Assembly: GCA_021413905.1 (NCBI GenBank)
Contig: JAIOPO010000001.1
Location: forward strand, 201,159 to 265,158
Direction: 5' to 3'
Source of the DNA: Candidatus Nomurabacteria bacterium
GTDB lineage: Bacteria > Patescibacteriota > Minisyncoccia > Phycocordibacterales > UBA9973
Length of the DNA stretch: 64,000 nucleotides
How positions within the stretch are numbered: position 1 is the first letter of the stretch; every line of letters begins with the position of its first letter. Position numbers and translations under genes: made by a program. The notes beneath the pieces were generated by a model that had not been told where the DNA came from, did not search any database, and saw only the letters and a program-made list of their open reading frames with translations. Below, piece by piece: positions 22,135-31,821 of this stretch.

Positions 22135-23148
22135 TTATTTCTTCTTAAAAATCTTTGTCAGCTCTTTTGTAAAATCTTTTACAGACTTGTCGTCGTAGAG
22201 TGATAGTGTATAAACATTTTTATTTTTAAGTTTTGTGATAAATTCTTTTTTAATTTTATCTACAACTTTTATTTTTTTATTTGTGTCGTCTATTACATCT
22301 GTCTTTGTCAGAATAATTATTTCTTCTTTTGAAGTTAGACCGTCAGTGCCGAGTTTTAAATTCTTGTCGTATTTTTCCAACTCTTTGCGAACTTCTTTGT
22401 AAGTCTTCATCGGATTTTCATTTTCAAGAGACACGAGATGTGCAAGCATTTTCGTGCGTTTAATATGTCGCAAGAATTTTACACCAAGACCTTTACCTTC
22501 AGATGCGCCTTCGATAATACCCGGAATGTCCGCAATAATGTATCCATAAAAATCTCCAAGATTCGGATCAAGAGTCGTGAAAGCATAATCCCCGACTTTT
22601 GCATTTGCATTAGTCAAAGCATTCAAGAGCGATGATTTGCCCGCATTAGGAAGTCCTACGAGGCCCATATCAGCAAAAAGCTCTAACTCAATATGAAAGT
22701 CTCCAGTCTCTCCATCTTGCCCTTCATTGCGTTCTTCCGGAGTGGTATTTGTAGAACTTTTAAAATGCTCATTACCATATCCACCGTATCCGCCCTTAAG
22801 CAACATTATTTTTTCTCCTTCTTCGAGCAGACTCCATTTTTCATCGGTTGCGAGATTTGTAACAATAGAACCAAGTGGCAATTCCAAAAAAAAGTCTTCA
22901 CCATTTTTTCCGGTCAAACTTTTCTTGCCTCCATCTTCTCCGCGACCCGCTTCAAAATGTTTCTTTGCTTTATATTTTGCAAGAATATGCACATCACGCA
23001 CAGCCAAAACATAAAAATTTCCACCTCGTCCGCCGTCTCCACCAGCAGGTCCGCCTTTCGGTACGAATTTTTCTTGTCTCCAACGCACTACGCCGTCTCC
23101 ACCTCTTCCTGCTTTTGCTTGTATTTTTATTTCATCAATAAATGCCAT
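22135..23148 (-). CDS. obg: GTPase Obg/CgtA
   Basis: An Obg fold with a Gly-rich N-terminus (AGRGGDGVVRWRQEKFVPKGGPAGGDGGRGG) is followed by a G domain (GLVGLPNAGKSSLLNALT). The product is 337 aa. Confidence 0.9.
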   Translation of the reverse strand: MAFIDEIKIQAKAGRGGDGVVRWRQEKFVPKGGPAGGDGGRGGNFYVLAVRDVHILAKYKAKKHFEAGRGEDGGKKSLTGKNGEDFFLELPLGSIVTNLATDEKWSLLEEGEKIMLLKGGYGGYGNEHFKSSTNTTPEERNEGQDGETGDFHIELELFADMGLVGLPNAGKSSLLNALTNANAKVGDYAFTTLDPNLGDFYGYIIADIPGIIEGASEGKGLGVKFLRHIKRTKMLAHLVSLENENPMKTYKEVRKELEKYDKNLKLGTDGLTSKEEIIILTKTDVIDDTNKKIKVVDKIKKEFITKLKNKNVYTLSLYDDKSVKDFTKELTKIFKKK

Positions 23149-23159
23149 AAATTAATTCT

Positions 23160-24074
23160 TTAATTATTATTTTGTAATGCTAATTCTGCTAATTTTATCG
23201 CTCCTTCTTTTGATTTTGCTACAGCCAAAAATAAACCATTATGACAAAATATTGCATCATCCACTCCTGTAATTTCTGCTAAATCTTCTCTTTTGCCAGC
23301 CCATTCTTTTGGTAAATTTTTACGATTTTCAAAAGAAAATTTATCTTTACGAACACATTCTACTCTCCATAAATCGGCTTTTACAGAGATTACATACAAA
23401 GGTTCAATATACTTCTGCATAACTTCACCCCAAGGATAATGTCCGTCTAAAATTATCAATCTTTTGTCTACAGCCTGATCATAAGATTTTTCCACAAAAT
23501 CTTCAGCTACGATTACATCTTTCATTCTTTTTATTTCTCTCAAAAGAATTTTTTTTACAAAAGGTAAAAGTTCAAAAAATGGAATATCATAATCTTCTGT
23601 TTCTTGCCAAGTAGGACGAAAACTAAAAAGAATATCTTGTATTGTAAATGGTGTTATTTCTCCTTTTGTTTCATAAAGATTTATGCCGTTGTCATTTGCA
23701 TCAATAGCTTCAACAATTTTTTTTTCTAATCTTTCTGAAATTTCTTTTGATTCACAAATCTCTTCTCCAAACTTTTTCCAAACTAAACCAAAAGCAGCAT
23801 AAGGTATACCGTCCGCGTGAGTGCCGGCTCCACCAGTTTGATGATGGTCAAATCTATTTTTTTCAGGATCATAAATACCTCCAACATCAAAAACATAATC
23901 TGCTGAATTAATAATATCAATATCTCTGGTGCGAACTATCTCAAAATTTTCTCCTTTTTTTTCTAACAAAATAGATAAAACAGCAGAAGCAAAAAGATCA
24001 TCCGCGTGAAATGTACCATTATGAGTGACTATTTTTTTATTCAACATTTTCTCCATGTTCGTGAAATTCTTCAA
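23160..24074 (-). CDS. MYG1/UPF0160 family metal-dependent hydrolase
   Basis: The sequence is HNGTFHADDLFA...DHHQ with a conserved His/Asp metal-binding pattern. The product is 304 aa. Confidence 0.65.
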   Translation of the reverse strand: MKNFTNMEKMLNKKIVTHNGTFHADDLFASAVLSILLEKKGENFEIVRTRDIDIINSADYVFDVGGIYDPEKNRFDHHQTGGAGTHADGIPYAAFGLVWKKFGEEICESKEISERLEKKIVEAIDANDNGINLYETKGEITPFTIQDILFSFRPTWQETEDYDIPFFELLPFVKKILLREIKRMKDVIVAEDFVEKSYDQAVDKRLIILDGHYPWGEVMQKYIEPLYVISVKADLWRVECVRKDKFSFENRKNLPKEWAGKREDLAEITGVDDAIFCHNGLFLAVAKSKEGAIKLAELALQNNN

Positions 24075-24648
24075 AAATTTTATAAAGCCAAGCAGCTAAT
24101 TTATTCAATACAAAAAAGCTAATAACTAATAATAATAGCGTGGAAATGAATCTCCAGACCTCATGACTCACATGTAATGCAGTATAACTGAAAAAGTATC
24201 CTAAAGAAAGAAGACCTGGCAACCAAATCAAAGTGGACAATAATTCCGGTTTTAGAAAAGTCTTTAATTTTATTTTAGAATAACCACAAAAAAGGACAGT
24301 ATAAAAATTCAAATATATGAATTTTGAAATAAAAATAGACCAAAAAGGTTTTTCTTTGAAATGCGGAAGAAGTGTATTAACTTTCCTTTCAATATATTTT
24401 GCAAATTTGGTATGATTGAATTTTTTATGAACATATTGACCTATATAATATGAACAAAAAGTTTTTGACAAAGCGATAAAAAGTAAAAATGAAATCATGA
24501 AAGGAATATTGACAGCGCCCAAATGCATCAAAATACCGCTCGAAATCAAAACTATCTCTCCTTCAAAAATCATACCTAAAAGAATAAGTAGATACGCAAT
24601 TGTTTCATGATGCTCGACCAAAAGGGTTAGGAATTTAACAGTATGCAT
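24037..24648 (-). CDS. DedA/VTT-family-like integral membrane protein
   Basis: Multi-pass membrane protein. LLILLGMIFEGEIVLISSG resembles the DedA re-entrant motif. The start was taken at ATG 24648, because the upstream ORF-track start is a TTG. Confidence 0.4.
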   Translation of the reverse strand: MHTVKFLTLLVEHHETIAYLLILLGMIFEGEIVLISSGILMHLGAVNIPFMISFLLFIALSKTFCSYYIGQYVHKKFNHTKFAKYIERKVNTLLPHFKEKPFWSIFISKFIYLNFYTVLFCGYSKIKLKTFLKPELLSTLIWLPGLLSLGYFFSYTALHVSHEVWRFISTLLLLVISFFVLNKLAAWLYKIFEEFHEHGENVE

Positions 24649-24649
24649 G

Positions 24650-24991
24650 CTAATCAATAATTAGAAATTTTGATAAAATCCAATTTAAAACAGATACGAT
24701 CAAGGCTCCATAAAATGCCGACATAAAATCTGCAACATAAAAACCAGAAATGATATGACCTAAAAAATAAAAAATCAAACCATTTATAACTAAAGAAAAT
24801 AAACCTAATGTCAAAATATTTATCGGCAAAGTTATTATTTTTATAATTGGTTTTACTGTGTAATTTATCAACGTCAAAACAGCCCCTATGATAATAGCAG
24901 TATAAAAATAAGCCAAATTAATATCCGGTAAAAAATAAGCTGTTAAAAAAACTGCTAAAGATATCGCCAACCAATGTAAAATAATTTTCAT
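24650..24991 (-). CDS. YvlD/DUF360 (phage-holin-4_2-like) small membrane protein
   Basis: The product is 113 aa with 4 TM helices. ITLPINILTLGLFSLVINGLIF matches the family hallmark LTLPLTILTLGLFLLVINALM. Confidence 0.6.
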   Translation of the reverse strand: MKIILHWLAISLAVFLTAYFLPDINLAYFYTAIIIGAVLTLINYTVKPIIKIITLPINILTLGLFSLVINGLIFYFLGHIISGFYVADFMSAFYGALIVSVLNWILSKFLIID

Positions 24992-24997
24992 ATATTT

Positions 24998-25450
24998 TTA
25001 ATTAAATAAAGCATCTACAACTTCTTTGACCACCATGCCGTCAGCCTTACCTTTCAAATCTTTCATAATTGCAGACATCAGCATTCCTTTTTTTGTCGCA
25101 TCAGTAATGGACATTTCTTCTTTTTTAGCTTGAGCGATTTTTTCCACCTCACTCTTGTCCATCATTTTAGGCAAAAATACTTCGAGAATTGCGAGTTGAG
25201 CTTCTTCTTCTTTTACCAAATCTTCGCGACCGCCTTTTTTGAATTGTTCTATAGAGTCTTTTCTTTGTTTTGCAAGACGCGTAATAACAGCAAGCGCTTC
25301 TTCGTCTGTAAGCATGTCTTGAGGCTTGCGACCTTTTGCAACCAATTCATTTGTAAAAGCTGAAGCAATACCTCGCATGGTTTCCAAACGCACGGAATCT
25401 TTTGCCATCATTGCCTCTTTTATATTATTTTTTATTTGTTCTTGTAACAT
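24998..25450 (-). CDS. yqeY: GatB/YqeY domain protein
   Basis: The 150-aa product has a YqeY-like helical domain (MLQEQIKNNIKEAMMAKDSVRLETMRGIASAF...). Confidence 0.8.
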   Translation of the reverse strand: MLQEQIKNNIKEAMMAKDSVRLETMRGIASAFTNELVAKGRKPQDMLTDEEALAVITRLAKQRKDSIEQFKKGGREDLVKEEEAQLAILEVFLPKMMDKSEVEKIAQAKKEEMSITDATKKGMLMSAIMKDLKGKADGMVVKEVVDALFN

Positions 25451-25488
25451 AAGATAGATTATATCAAAAACTATGATAAAATGTAAGC

Positions 25489-26205
25489 ATGTCTAAAATA
25501 ATATTTTTTGATACTGAAACCACCGGCAACACTGCTGAAGATTTTATTTGCCAAATTGCTTATAAAAGTGCAGAAGAACAATTTTCTGCAATGTATAAAC
25601 CACCAAAGAGAATACCTCCCGAGGCTTCTGCTGTGCATCATATTTCAAATAAAATGGTAGAAGACAAAGTTTCATTTTCTGAAAGTCCGGACTATAAAAA
25701 AATAAAAGAACTTTTTGAAAATGAGCATCATGTGCCTGTCGCACACAATGCTGTTTTTGACCTGACAATGCTCGCAAGAGAAAATATAAATCCAAATAAA
25801 TTTATCTGCACTTTGCGTGTAGCAAGAGCTCTCGACCCAGAAGGAAAAATTGAAAAATATAATCTGCAATATTTACGTTATTTGCTCGGTATTGAAATAG
25901 AAGCTCAAGCGCATGATGCCTTGGGTGATGTATTGGTATTGGAAAAACTTTTTGAAAGATTAAAACATAAACTAATCGAACAAAATAACGTCAGCGAAGA
26001 TGAAGCAATATCTGAAATGATAGAGATATCCTCACATCCTAGTATCTTGCGCACATTTCCTTTTGGAAAATATGTAGGAAAAAATGTCGAAGAAGTTGCA
26101 AAAATTGACCGCGGATATATCGAATGGCTCCTTGCTCAAAAAAAGCAAAGTGAAGGTATGGAAGAAGATTGGATTTACACATTAGAACATTTTTTAAATA
26201 AATAA
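25489..26205 (+). CDS. DEDDh 3'-5' exonuclease (DnaQ/epsilon-like) with C-terminal extension
   Basis: Exo I is IIFFDTETTG, Exo II is HNAVFDLTML and Exo III is AHDALGDV. The product is 238 aa. Confidence 0.75.
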   Translation: MSKIIFFDTETTGNTAEDFICQIAYKSAEEQFSAMYKPPKRIPPEASAVHHISNKMVEDKVSFSESPDYKKIKELFENEHHVPVAHNAVFDLTMLARENINPNKFICTLRVARALDPEGKIEKYNLQYLRYLLGIEIEAQAHDALGDVLVLEKLFERLKHKLIEQNNVSEDEAISEMIEISSHPSILRTFPFGKYVGKNVEEVAKIDRGYIEWLLAQKKQSEGMEEDWIYTLEHFLNK

Positions 26206-26245
26206 AACTTAAATAATATGAAGGTTTTAAATTAAAACAATATTC

Positions 26246-26274
26246 TTGACAAAATACATAAAAATGTATATAAT
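26246..26274 (+). promoter_or_regulatory. Consensus sigma70-type promoter upstream of ABC transporter gene
   Basis: TTGACA (26246-26251), a 17-nt spacer and TATAAT (26269-26274) lie 26 nt upstream of the ATG at 26300. The spacer contains the inverted repeat atacat-aaaa-atgtat. Confidence 0.55.
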
Positions 26275-26299
26275 TTGAAAGTACTAAAGTTCTTAAAAA

Positions 26300-28078
26300 A
26301 TGAAAACTGTTTCTTTGATTCAAAGGATATTCTCCTTTGCTAAGCCTTTTCGTAAGGCTATTTTGCTAACCTTCTTGTCTGTTTTTATCTTTTCTATTTT
26401 AAATGCTCTTGCTGATTTTTTTATCAGTAAGATAGTAGATTTTATTCAACAAAACAAAGCTGAAACATTGCAAATTTTCTTGTTTCTTTTTTTAGCTGGA
26501 CTTTTTGTTCTTATCAGAATAATTCTTTCAGTTTACCAAGAAAGAAGAGAGGTAAACGAAATTGATCTAGGAATAACAAATCATAATACCTTTCATTCAG
26601 TTGAAAAATTTTTTAGTTTTTCAACTGGACAACATTTAAATGAACACTCTGGTGTTAAACAAAATATTGTAAACAAAGGAATTGGTTCAATTCAAAATCA
26701 AATAAATAGAGTGATTTATGAATTGTTTCCAAATTTTGCACAATTTTTTGTTTCAATTATTGTTATTTGTTATGCTGATTGGAGAATTGTAATAATTTTA
26801 CTTTTAGCAACTTTATTATATTTCTTAAGGATGAATAGTCTTGCAAAAGATTTATTACCAGGATTCAAAGAATTCCGTGATAAAACTAATTCAAGTTCTA
26901 GATTAACTTCTGAATTATATAGAATGGTTGGTTTAATAAAGTTTGAAACCCAAGAAGCAAAATCTCTTGAATTACTAAAACAATCTCAAGATGAAAATCA
27001 AAAAGCTTATGAAAAAGCTTGGAAACCTGGAATCTCTGGTTTTAGAGACTTACGTTTAATTGGTAATGGTACTCGATTTCTAGTTATTCTAATTCTAGTA
27101 ATAATTTTCTTTTATCAAAAAGGGACAACTACTGGAAATTTCTTTTTAGTTTTTATCTATTCAAAATCTTTTTCAGATAGCCTTTGGCAAATGGCATCTT
27201 GGTATAGAGGTTTTTTAATGGATAAAATGAATATAGAGAAATTTTTAGAATTACTTGAAATAAAACCAGAAATAACTAACGTGGAAAACCCGATCAAACC
27301 AGACAAATTTGAAGGTAAGATAGAATTTAAAAATGTATCTTTCCATTATCTTTGTCGCAAATCAGAACACGACGTTGAGGGATTAGAGATTTCAGATGAG
27401 CCCGTCTTGCATAATGTTTCTTTTATCATAGAAGCAGGACAAAAAGTCGGCATTGTAGGTGGGTCTGGATCTGGTAAATCAACATTAATCAATTTGATTC
27501 GCAGAGCTTTTGATCCAACGCATGGTCAAATTTTAGTTGATGGAAATGATTTACGATTACTAGATCTTCAGATTTATCTGAAAAATATCGGTTGTGTTGA
27601 TCAAGAAGTACAAATGTTTGATCGTTCGATTCGTGATAACATTCTTTTTGGTTCATCAAACGATATCTCTGAAGATAACATGAATGAATTATTGAAAATC
27701 GCCAGAATTGATGATTTTTTCGGAAAGTTAGAGCATGGACTGGATACTATCGTCGGTGAAAGAGGTGCAAAAATATCTGGTGGCGAACGCCAAAGATTAG
27801 GAATTGCTAGAGCTTTAGCAAAAAAACCAAGCATTTTAATTTTTGACGAAGCAACATCAGCATTAGATTCAACTTCTGAAAAATTAGTACAAGAATCAAT
27901 TGACGAAGCCAGTAAAGGCAAGACAGCTGTTGTTATAGCTCACCGCTTATCGACAATCAAAAATTGCGACAAGATTCTAGTTTTCCGAGAAGGCGTTTTA
28001 CTTGCTGAAGGAAGTCATGAATTTCTTTTAGAAAACTCTGAATACTATTCAGAGTTGGTAAAACATCAAACATTGTGA
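26300..28078 (+). CDS. ABC transporter, fused permease/ATPase (MsbA-like exporter)
   Basis: A six-TM N-terminal domain is followed by Walker A (GGSGSGKST), the ABC signature (LSGGERQR) and Walker B (ILIFDEATSALD). The product is 592 aa. Confidence 0.85.
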   Translation: MKTVSLIQRIFSFAKPFRKAILLTFLSVFIFSILNALADFFISKIVDFIQQNKAETLQIFLFLFLAGLFVLIRIILSVYQERREVNEIDLGITNHNTFHSVEKFFSFSTGQHLNEHSGVKQNIVNKGIGSIQNQINRVIYELFPNFAQFFVSIIVICYADWRIVIILLLATLLYFLRMNSLAKDLLPGFKEFRDKTNSSSRLTSELYRMVGLIKFETQEAKSLELLKQSQDENQKAYEKAWKPGISGFRDLRLIGNGTRFLVILILVIIFFYQKGTTTGNFFLVFIYSKSFSDSLWQMASWYRGFLMDKMNIEKFLELLEIKPEITNVENPIKPDKFEGKIEFKNVSFHYLCRKSEHDVEGLEISDEPVLHNVSFIIEAGQKVGIVGGSGSGKSTLINLIRRAFDPTHGQILVDGNDLRLLDLQIYLKNIGCVDQEVQMFDRSIRDNILFGSSNDISEDNMNELLKIARIDDFFGKLEHGLDTIVGERGAKISGGERQRLGIARALAKKPSILIFDEATSALDSTSEKLVQESIDEASKGKTAVVIAHRLSTIKNCDKILVFREGVLLAEGSHEFLLENSEYYSELVKHQTL

Positions 28079-28084
28079 AATTAC

Positions 28085-28112
28085 ACAAGCCCCTAATCCG
28101 GGGCTTGTTTTT
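28085..28112 (+). terminator. Rho-independent terminator after ABC transporter gene
   Basis: CAAGCCCC-taatcc-GGGGCTTG is an 8-bp GC-rich stem followed by TTTTT, and it lies 7 nt after the stop codon. Confidence 0.6.
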
Positions 28113-28143
28113 ATTTCAAAACTAAAAATGCTAAAATAAGTAT

Positions 28144-29202
28144 ATGCAAAATATTATTTGGATAATTTTAGGAGTTTTGGGAGGGGGCGTTATAGCTTAC
28201 TTTATTTTTAAACAGAAGGATGACAAAAGAGATAGTATAAATCAAGATATTGGACTAAATTTAATATTACAACAATTAAATGAACTCTCTCGTACTGTCG
28301 ACCATAAATTAGGTGAAAGCCACAAGCAAGTCAACGAAAGTTTACGTTTTCATTCAACGGAATCAAATAAAATAATTCGTGAAATAACTGAAGAGCTAGT
28401 ACGTGTCACTGAAGGACAAAAACAAGTCGTGGGCTTCGCAGACCAATTGCAAGATTTGCAAAATATTTTAAAAAATCCAAAACAACGCGGAATCCTCGGT
28501 GAATATTATTTAGAAACAGTTTTAAAAAATGTCTTACCTCCAGGAAGTTACCAAATGCAGTATCCTTTTACTGATAATACTATCGTAGACGCAGTGGTAT
28601 TCGTAAAAGATAAAATAATTCCAATAGATTCTAAATTCTCTCTCGAGAATTACAATCGAATGGCAGAAGCCGTAGATCCTGGAGATAAAAAAAGACTCGA
28701 AACTATCTTCGTAAATGATTTAAAAAATAGAATTGTGGAAACTTCAAAATACGTGCAACCAAATCAAGGCACGACTGATTTTGCATTTATGTTTATCCCG
28801 CATGAAGCTATTTATTACGATTTACTAACAAATAAAATCGGTGGATTGAAAGATGAAGAAAATGAAAATCTGATACAACGCGCAGCAGGAAAATATAAAG
28901 TCATAATCACCTCACCTACTTCATTTCTCGCATACCTGCAAACAGTTTTGCAAGGCTTAAAAGCTTTACAAATAGAAGAATCTGCAAAAGAAATAATCAA
29001 AAAAGTAAGCGATTTGGGTAAACATTTAAAATCATATGAAGAATATCATGGTAAACTCGGTAATGCTTTGAATACTGTCGTAAATCATTACATATCTTCA
29101 AACAAAGAACTAAAAAAAATAGACAAAGACGTAATGCGTATCACTGGCACATCCCCAGAACTTTCCACTCCGGAAATAGAAAAAATAAATTTAGAAGAAT
29201 AA
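28144..29202 (+). CDS. rmuC: DNA recombination protein RmuC
   Basis: There is an N-terminal TM helix, a coiled coil, and the conserved FAFMFIPHEAIY motif of RmuC. The product is 352 aa. Confidence 0.8.
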   Translation: MQNIIWIILGVLGGGVIAYFIFKQKDDKRDSINQDIGLNLILQQLNELSRTVDHKLGESHKQVNESLRFHSTESNKIIREITEELVRVTEGQKQVVGFADQLQDLQNILKNPKQRGILGEYYLETVLKNVLPPGSYQMQYPFTDNTIVDAVVFVKDKIIPIDSKFSLENYNRMAEAVDPGDKKRLETIFVNDLKNRIVETSKYVQPNQGTTDFAFMFIPHEAIYYDLLTNKIGGLKDEENENLIQRAAGKYKVIITSPTSFLAYLQTVLQGLKALQIEESAKEIIKKVSDLGKHLKSYEEYHGKLGNALNTVVNHYISSNKELKKIDKDVMRITGTSPELSTPEIEKINLEE

Positions 29203-29208
29203 AATATT

Positions 29209-29237
29209 TTGACTTAAGTCAATTTATTATATATTAT
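29209..29237 (+). promoter_or_regulatory. Putative tRNA-Glu promoter overlapping a 14-bp perfect palindrome
   Basis: TTGACT (29209-29214), a 17-nt spacer and TATTAT (29232-29237) lie about 25 nt upstream of the tRNA 5' end. The palindrome TTGACTTAAGTCAA is at 29209-29222. Confidence 0.4.
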
Positions 29238-29261
29238 GGAGATGGTAATTGCTTAATTTTT

Positions 29262-29333
29262 GGCTCTATCGTCTAACGGTTAGGACGGGTCCTTCTCAAG
29301 GATCAAATCAGAGTTCGATTCTCTGTAGAGTCA
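29262..29333 (+). tRNA. tRNA-Glu (anticodon CUC)
   Basis: The sequence is GGCTCTATCGTCTAACGGTTAGGACGGGTCCTTCTCAAGGATCAAATCAGAGTTCGATTCTCTGTAGAGTCA. The acceptor stem is GGCTCTA/TAGAGTC, the D-arm is Glu-like (TCGTCTAACGGTTAGGAC), the anticodon loop is TTCTCAA and the T-arm is CAGAG-TTCGATT-CTCTG. CCA is not encoded. Confidence 0.85.
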
Positions 29334-30079
29334 CATTTCGAAACTGCCTCGGCAGAAAGCGCAAAATCTTGGCGCGCCGAAGGCGCGCTGTATGGAGAGA
29401 GCAGGAATTCTGCATTGCGGGCGCGGGCGAATTCGGTGGGCGGGCAAAATGAGACAGAGACGGACTTGTCCCGCAATTGCGAGTTCGTTCCAATTTTTTT
29501 GAAATAGTCACGAATTTCAAAAAAATTATCGCTAGATTGCAATTGCGTGGCTTTTTTCATATCCAAAATCCATTCCCGCAAGGGTTCGACCCAATTCTTT
29601 TTCTCTGCTCGGGCGGAGTCCATTTTTTGAGCGAGAGAGACTTTTTGTTTCAAAAGCTCATTTTTCTTCAAAATATAATTTTCTTTCGGTATATCGCCGT
29701 CTAAATACAAACTCACTAACTCATCGAGCTTTTGTTCTGTCTCTCGCTCATTTTCCTTAATCCGCCCGAGCATACTTCCCGACGAGGATTTTTCACTTTT
29801 GTCCCATTCCTCAACTTTTCGTAACATAAAATCTGTCCACTCGTCGAGAAGTGCGATTTGTTGAAGCCGTTCTTTTAATTGCAAGACGACTACATCTTCT
29901 CGCAAATATTTTTGGTCACAATTTCCTTTCTTTTTCGTACAGCGATAATAGCGATATCGAACGCCCATTTTTCCTGTCGTCCATTGAGCAGTTATCATAC
30001 TGTCACATTCTCCACAACGAAAAAGTCCAGTGAAAGGAAAATTGTGACTTTTCTTTGATTTGCGAGGATGAATACGCAA
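29303..30079 (-). pseudogene. Truncated large serine recombinase (zinc-ribbon and coiled-coil C-terminal half only); remnant of an integrated element next to tRNA-Glu
   Basis: The frame starts directly with the recombinase zinc-ribbon motif FPFTGLFRCGECDSMITAQ...YRYYRCTKKKGNC. The catalytic resolvase domain is absent and murJ lies immediately upstream. The 3' end reads through the unusually GC-rich patch 29340-29470 into the tRNA gene. Confidence 0.65.
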
Positions 30080-30093
30080 AAATTTATGTCAAA

Positions 30094-31773
30094 CTATAAT
30101 TCTTCTTGAGAAGGGGCTATTATTTTTGCTTTCCAAAATTTACTTTTTAGAGTTTTAAATAATTCTTGCAACTCTTCATTTTTAAGCAAAAGAAGCACTA
30201 TAATACCAGCCATAATACCTAAAATTCCAGAAATAAAACCTTGCAAAAATACTCCCCAGAAAGTTATTGTACCTAAAATAGGAGATAAAAAATTTAAAGA
30301 AATATAAGAAATTAAACCTATAAAAAACGAAGATCCTAAACTCTGGAAAAAAGTTTTTGATATAAAAGGTTCTTTACCTAAAAAATCTTTCTTAACAAAA
30401 ATCAAATGCAAAATAAAATTAAATATTGTTCCGACAGAATAAGCTAAAGGTAGCATAAGGACCTCTGTTCCAGGAATATCATTCACTTTCAATATTGATT
30501 CTATGAAATATCTAAAATAAGCAAAATTTTCAAATAAATTAATAAATAAATAAGAAAAAATAATTATTAAAATTGAACAAATTAAATTAACAATCAAGGG
30601 GCGTTTCGTATCACCTCTTGCATAATAAGATCTTGATAAAAGAGCTATCATTCCTTGAGCCAATACTGATACAGAAAATATGGCGAGAGAAGCCGCCACT
30701 AAACGAGTATTTTCCCATGAAAAAGATCCTGAACCTAAAATCACACGCACTATTTGAGCACGTAAAACTATAAATAAAAATGTGACAGGTAAAGACCAAA
30801 AAATAATCTGTCTAGAAGCAGAACGTAAATGATTTTTAAATTCTTCATTTTTTCCAGCAGAAAATGAACGTGCCAAGGTCGGAAATGTTGCCACAGCATA
30901 CGAAACACCTATTATATTCAAAGGTACTGATTGTAAATTTAAAGAAAAATTAAAAATAGAAATGGAGCCACCTTTTAAAAATGAAGCCAAAGATACTATA
31001 ACAATCAAAGCTATATTATTAAAAGAAAGACCTAATGTACGAGGTAAAGAAACTAAAATAGCTTGTTTAATATCTTTAAAATTAATATGAAAAGAAAATT
31101 TTGGCGCAAAACCACAACCACTAGAAGCTATAGCTTGAATTACAAAATGCATAAATGCTCCTATTGCCACACCATAAGCTAAACCATAAATACCAAAAAT
31201 CGGATAAAAGAAAATAACACCGATAATAATTCCAAAATTATAAAAAATTGGACTCAGGGAATACAAAAAGAATTTTCTAAAAAGCTGAGTAACAGTGCCG
31301 AATAAATTGGATAAACCCAAAAGAATCGGTGATATCAACATTACTCTAGATAAAATCACAACTTTATTTTGTAATATAATAGGAAAACCTGGAGCCACAA
31401 AATGCGCCAAATAAGGCATCAATAAAAATGCCAATCCTGAAACAAAAATCATTACAAAAAAGAAAACCGTAAAAATATCATTCAAAAATTTACGAGCCTT
31501 TTCTGTAACTTGCTCTCCGTTCATTCTACTAGCTATAAAAGGTACCAACACAGTAATAGAAGCCAATGAAGCAATAGATATAAATATTAAATCAGGAATA
31601 CGAAATGCAGCATAATACGCGTCTAGTTCCGGAGTCGGACCTATAAAATGTGCAATAGAACGATCTCGTAACAATCCTAAAATTTGTGAAAGAAAAGTAA
31701 AAATTCCTAAAAGTAAAGCGGCTTGGTTTACACTTCTGAATTCTTTATTAAAAAATTTTAAAATTTTTTCCAT
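30094..31773 (-). CDS. murJ: Lipid II flippase MurJ/MviN
   Basis: The 559-aa product is a polytopic membrane protein. LGLLRDRSIAHFIGPTPELDAYYAAFRIPDLIF matches the conserved MurJ N-terminal region. Confidence 0.85.
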   Translation of the reverse strand: MEKILKFFNKEFRSVNQAALLLGIFTFLSQILGLLRDRSIAHFIGPTPELDAYYAAFRIPDLIFISIASLASITVLVPFIASRMNGEQVTEKARKFLNDIFTVFFFVMIFVSGLAFLLMPYLAHFVAPGFPIILQNKVVILSRVMLISPILLGLSNLFGTVTQLFRKFFLYSLSPIFYNFGIIIGVIFFYPIFGIYGLAYGVAIGAFMHFVIQAIASSGCGFAPKFSFHINFKDIKQAILVSLPRTLGLSFNNIALIVIVSLASFLKGGSISIFNFSLNLQSVPLNIIGVSYAVATFPTLARSFSAGKNEEFKNHLRSASRQIIFWSLPVTFLFIVLRAQIVRVILGSGSFSWENTRLVAASLAIFSVSVLAQGMIALLSRSYYARGDTKRPLIVNLICSILIIIFSYLFINLFENFAYFRYFIESILKVNDIPGTEVLMLPLAYSVGTIFNFILHLIFVKKDFLGKEPFISKTFFQSLGSSFFIGLISYISLNFLSPILGTITFWGVFLQGFISGILGIMAGIIVLLLLKNEELQELFKTLKSKFWKAKIIAPSQEEL

Positions 31774-31821
31774 TTATATTTATGGATTTTATTATACTAT
31801 TACATAATATATAAAGCAAAA

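Noticed and set aside
29249-29452. The plus-strand ORF (67 aa) overlapping tRNA-Glu and the GC-rich patch.
   Set aside because: It overlaps a confident tRNA, is Arg-rich from GC-rich sequence, and has no start context.
29340-29470. The GC-rich patch considered as a structured ncRNA (tmRNA, SRP RNA or RNase P RNA).
   Set aside because: No tRNA-like 3' end, no SRP domain IV GGAAGCAGCC-type motif and no RNase P P4 motif were found. It is better explained as foreign-origin recombinase coding sequence.
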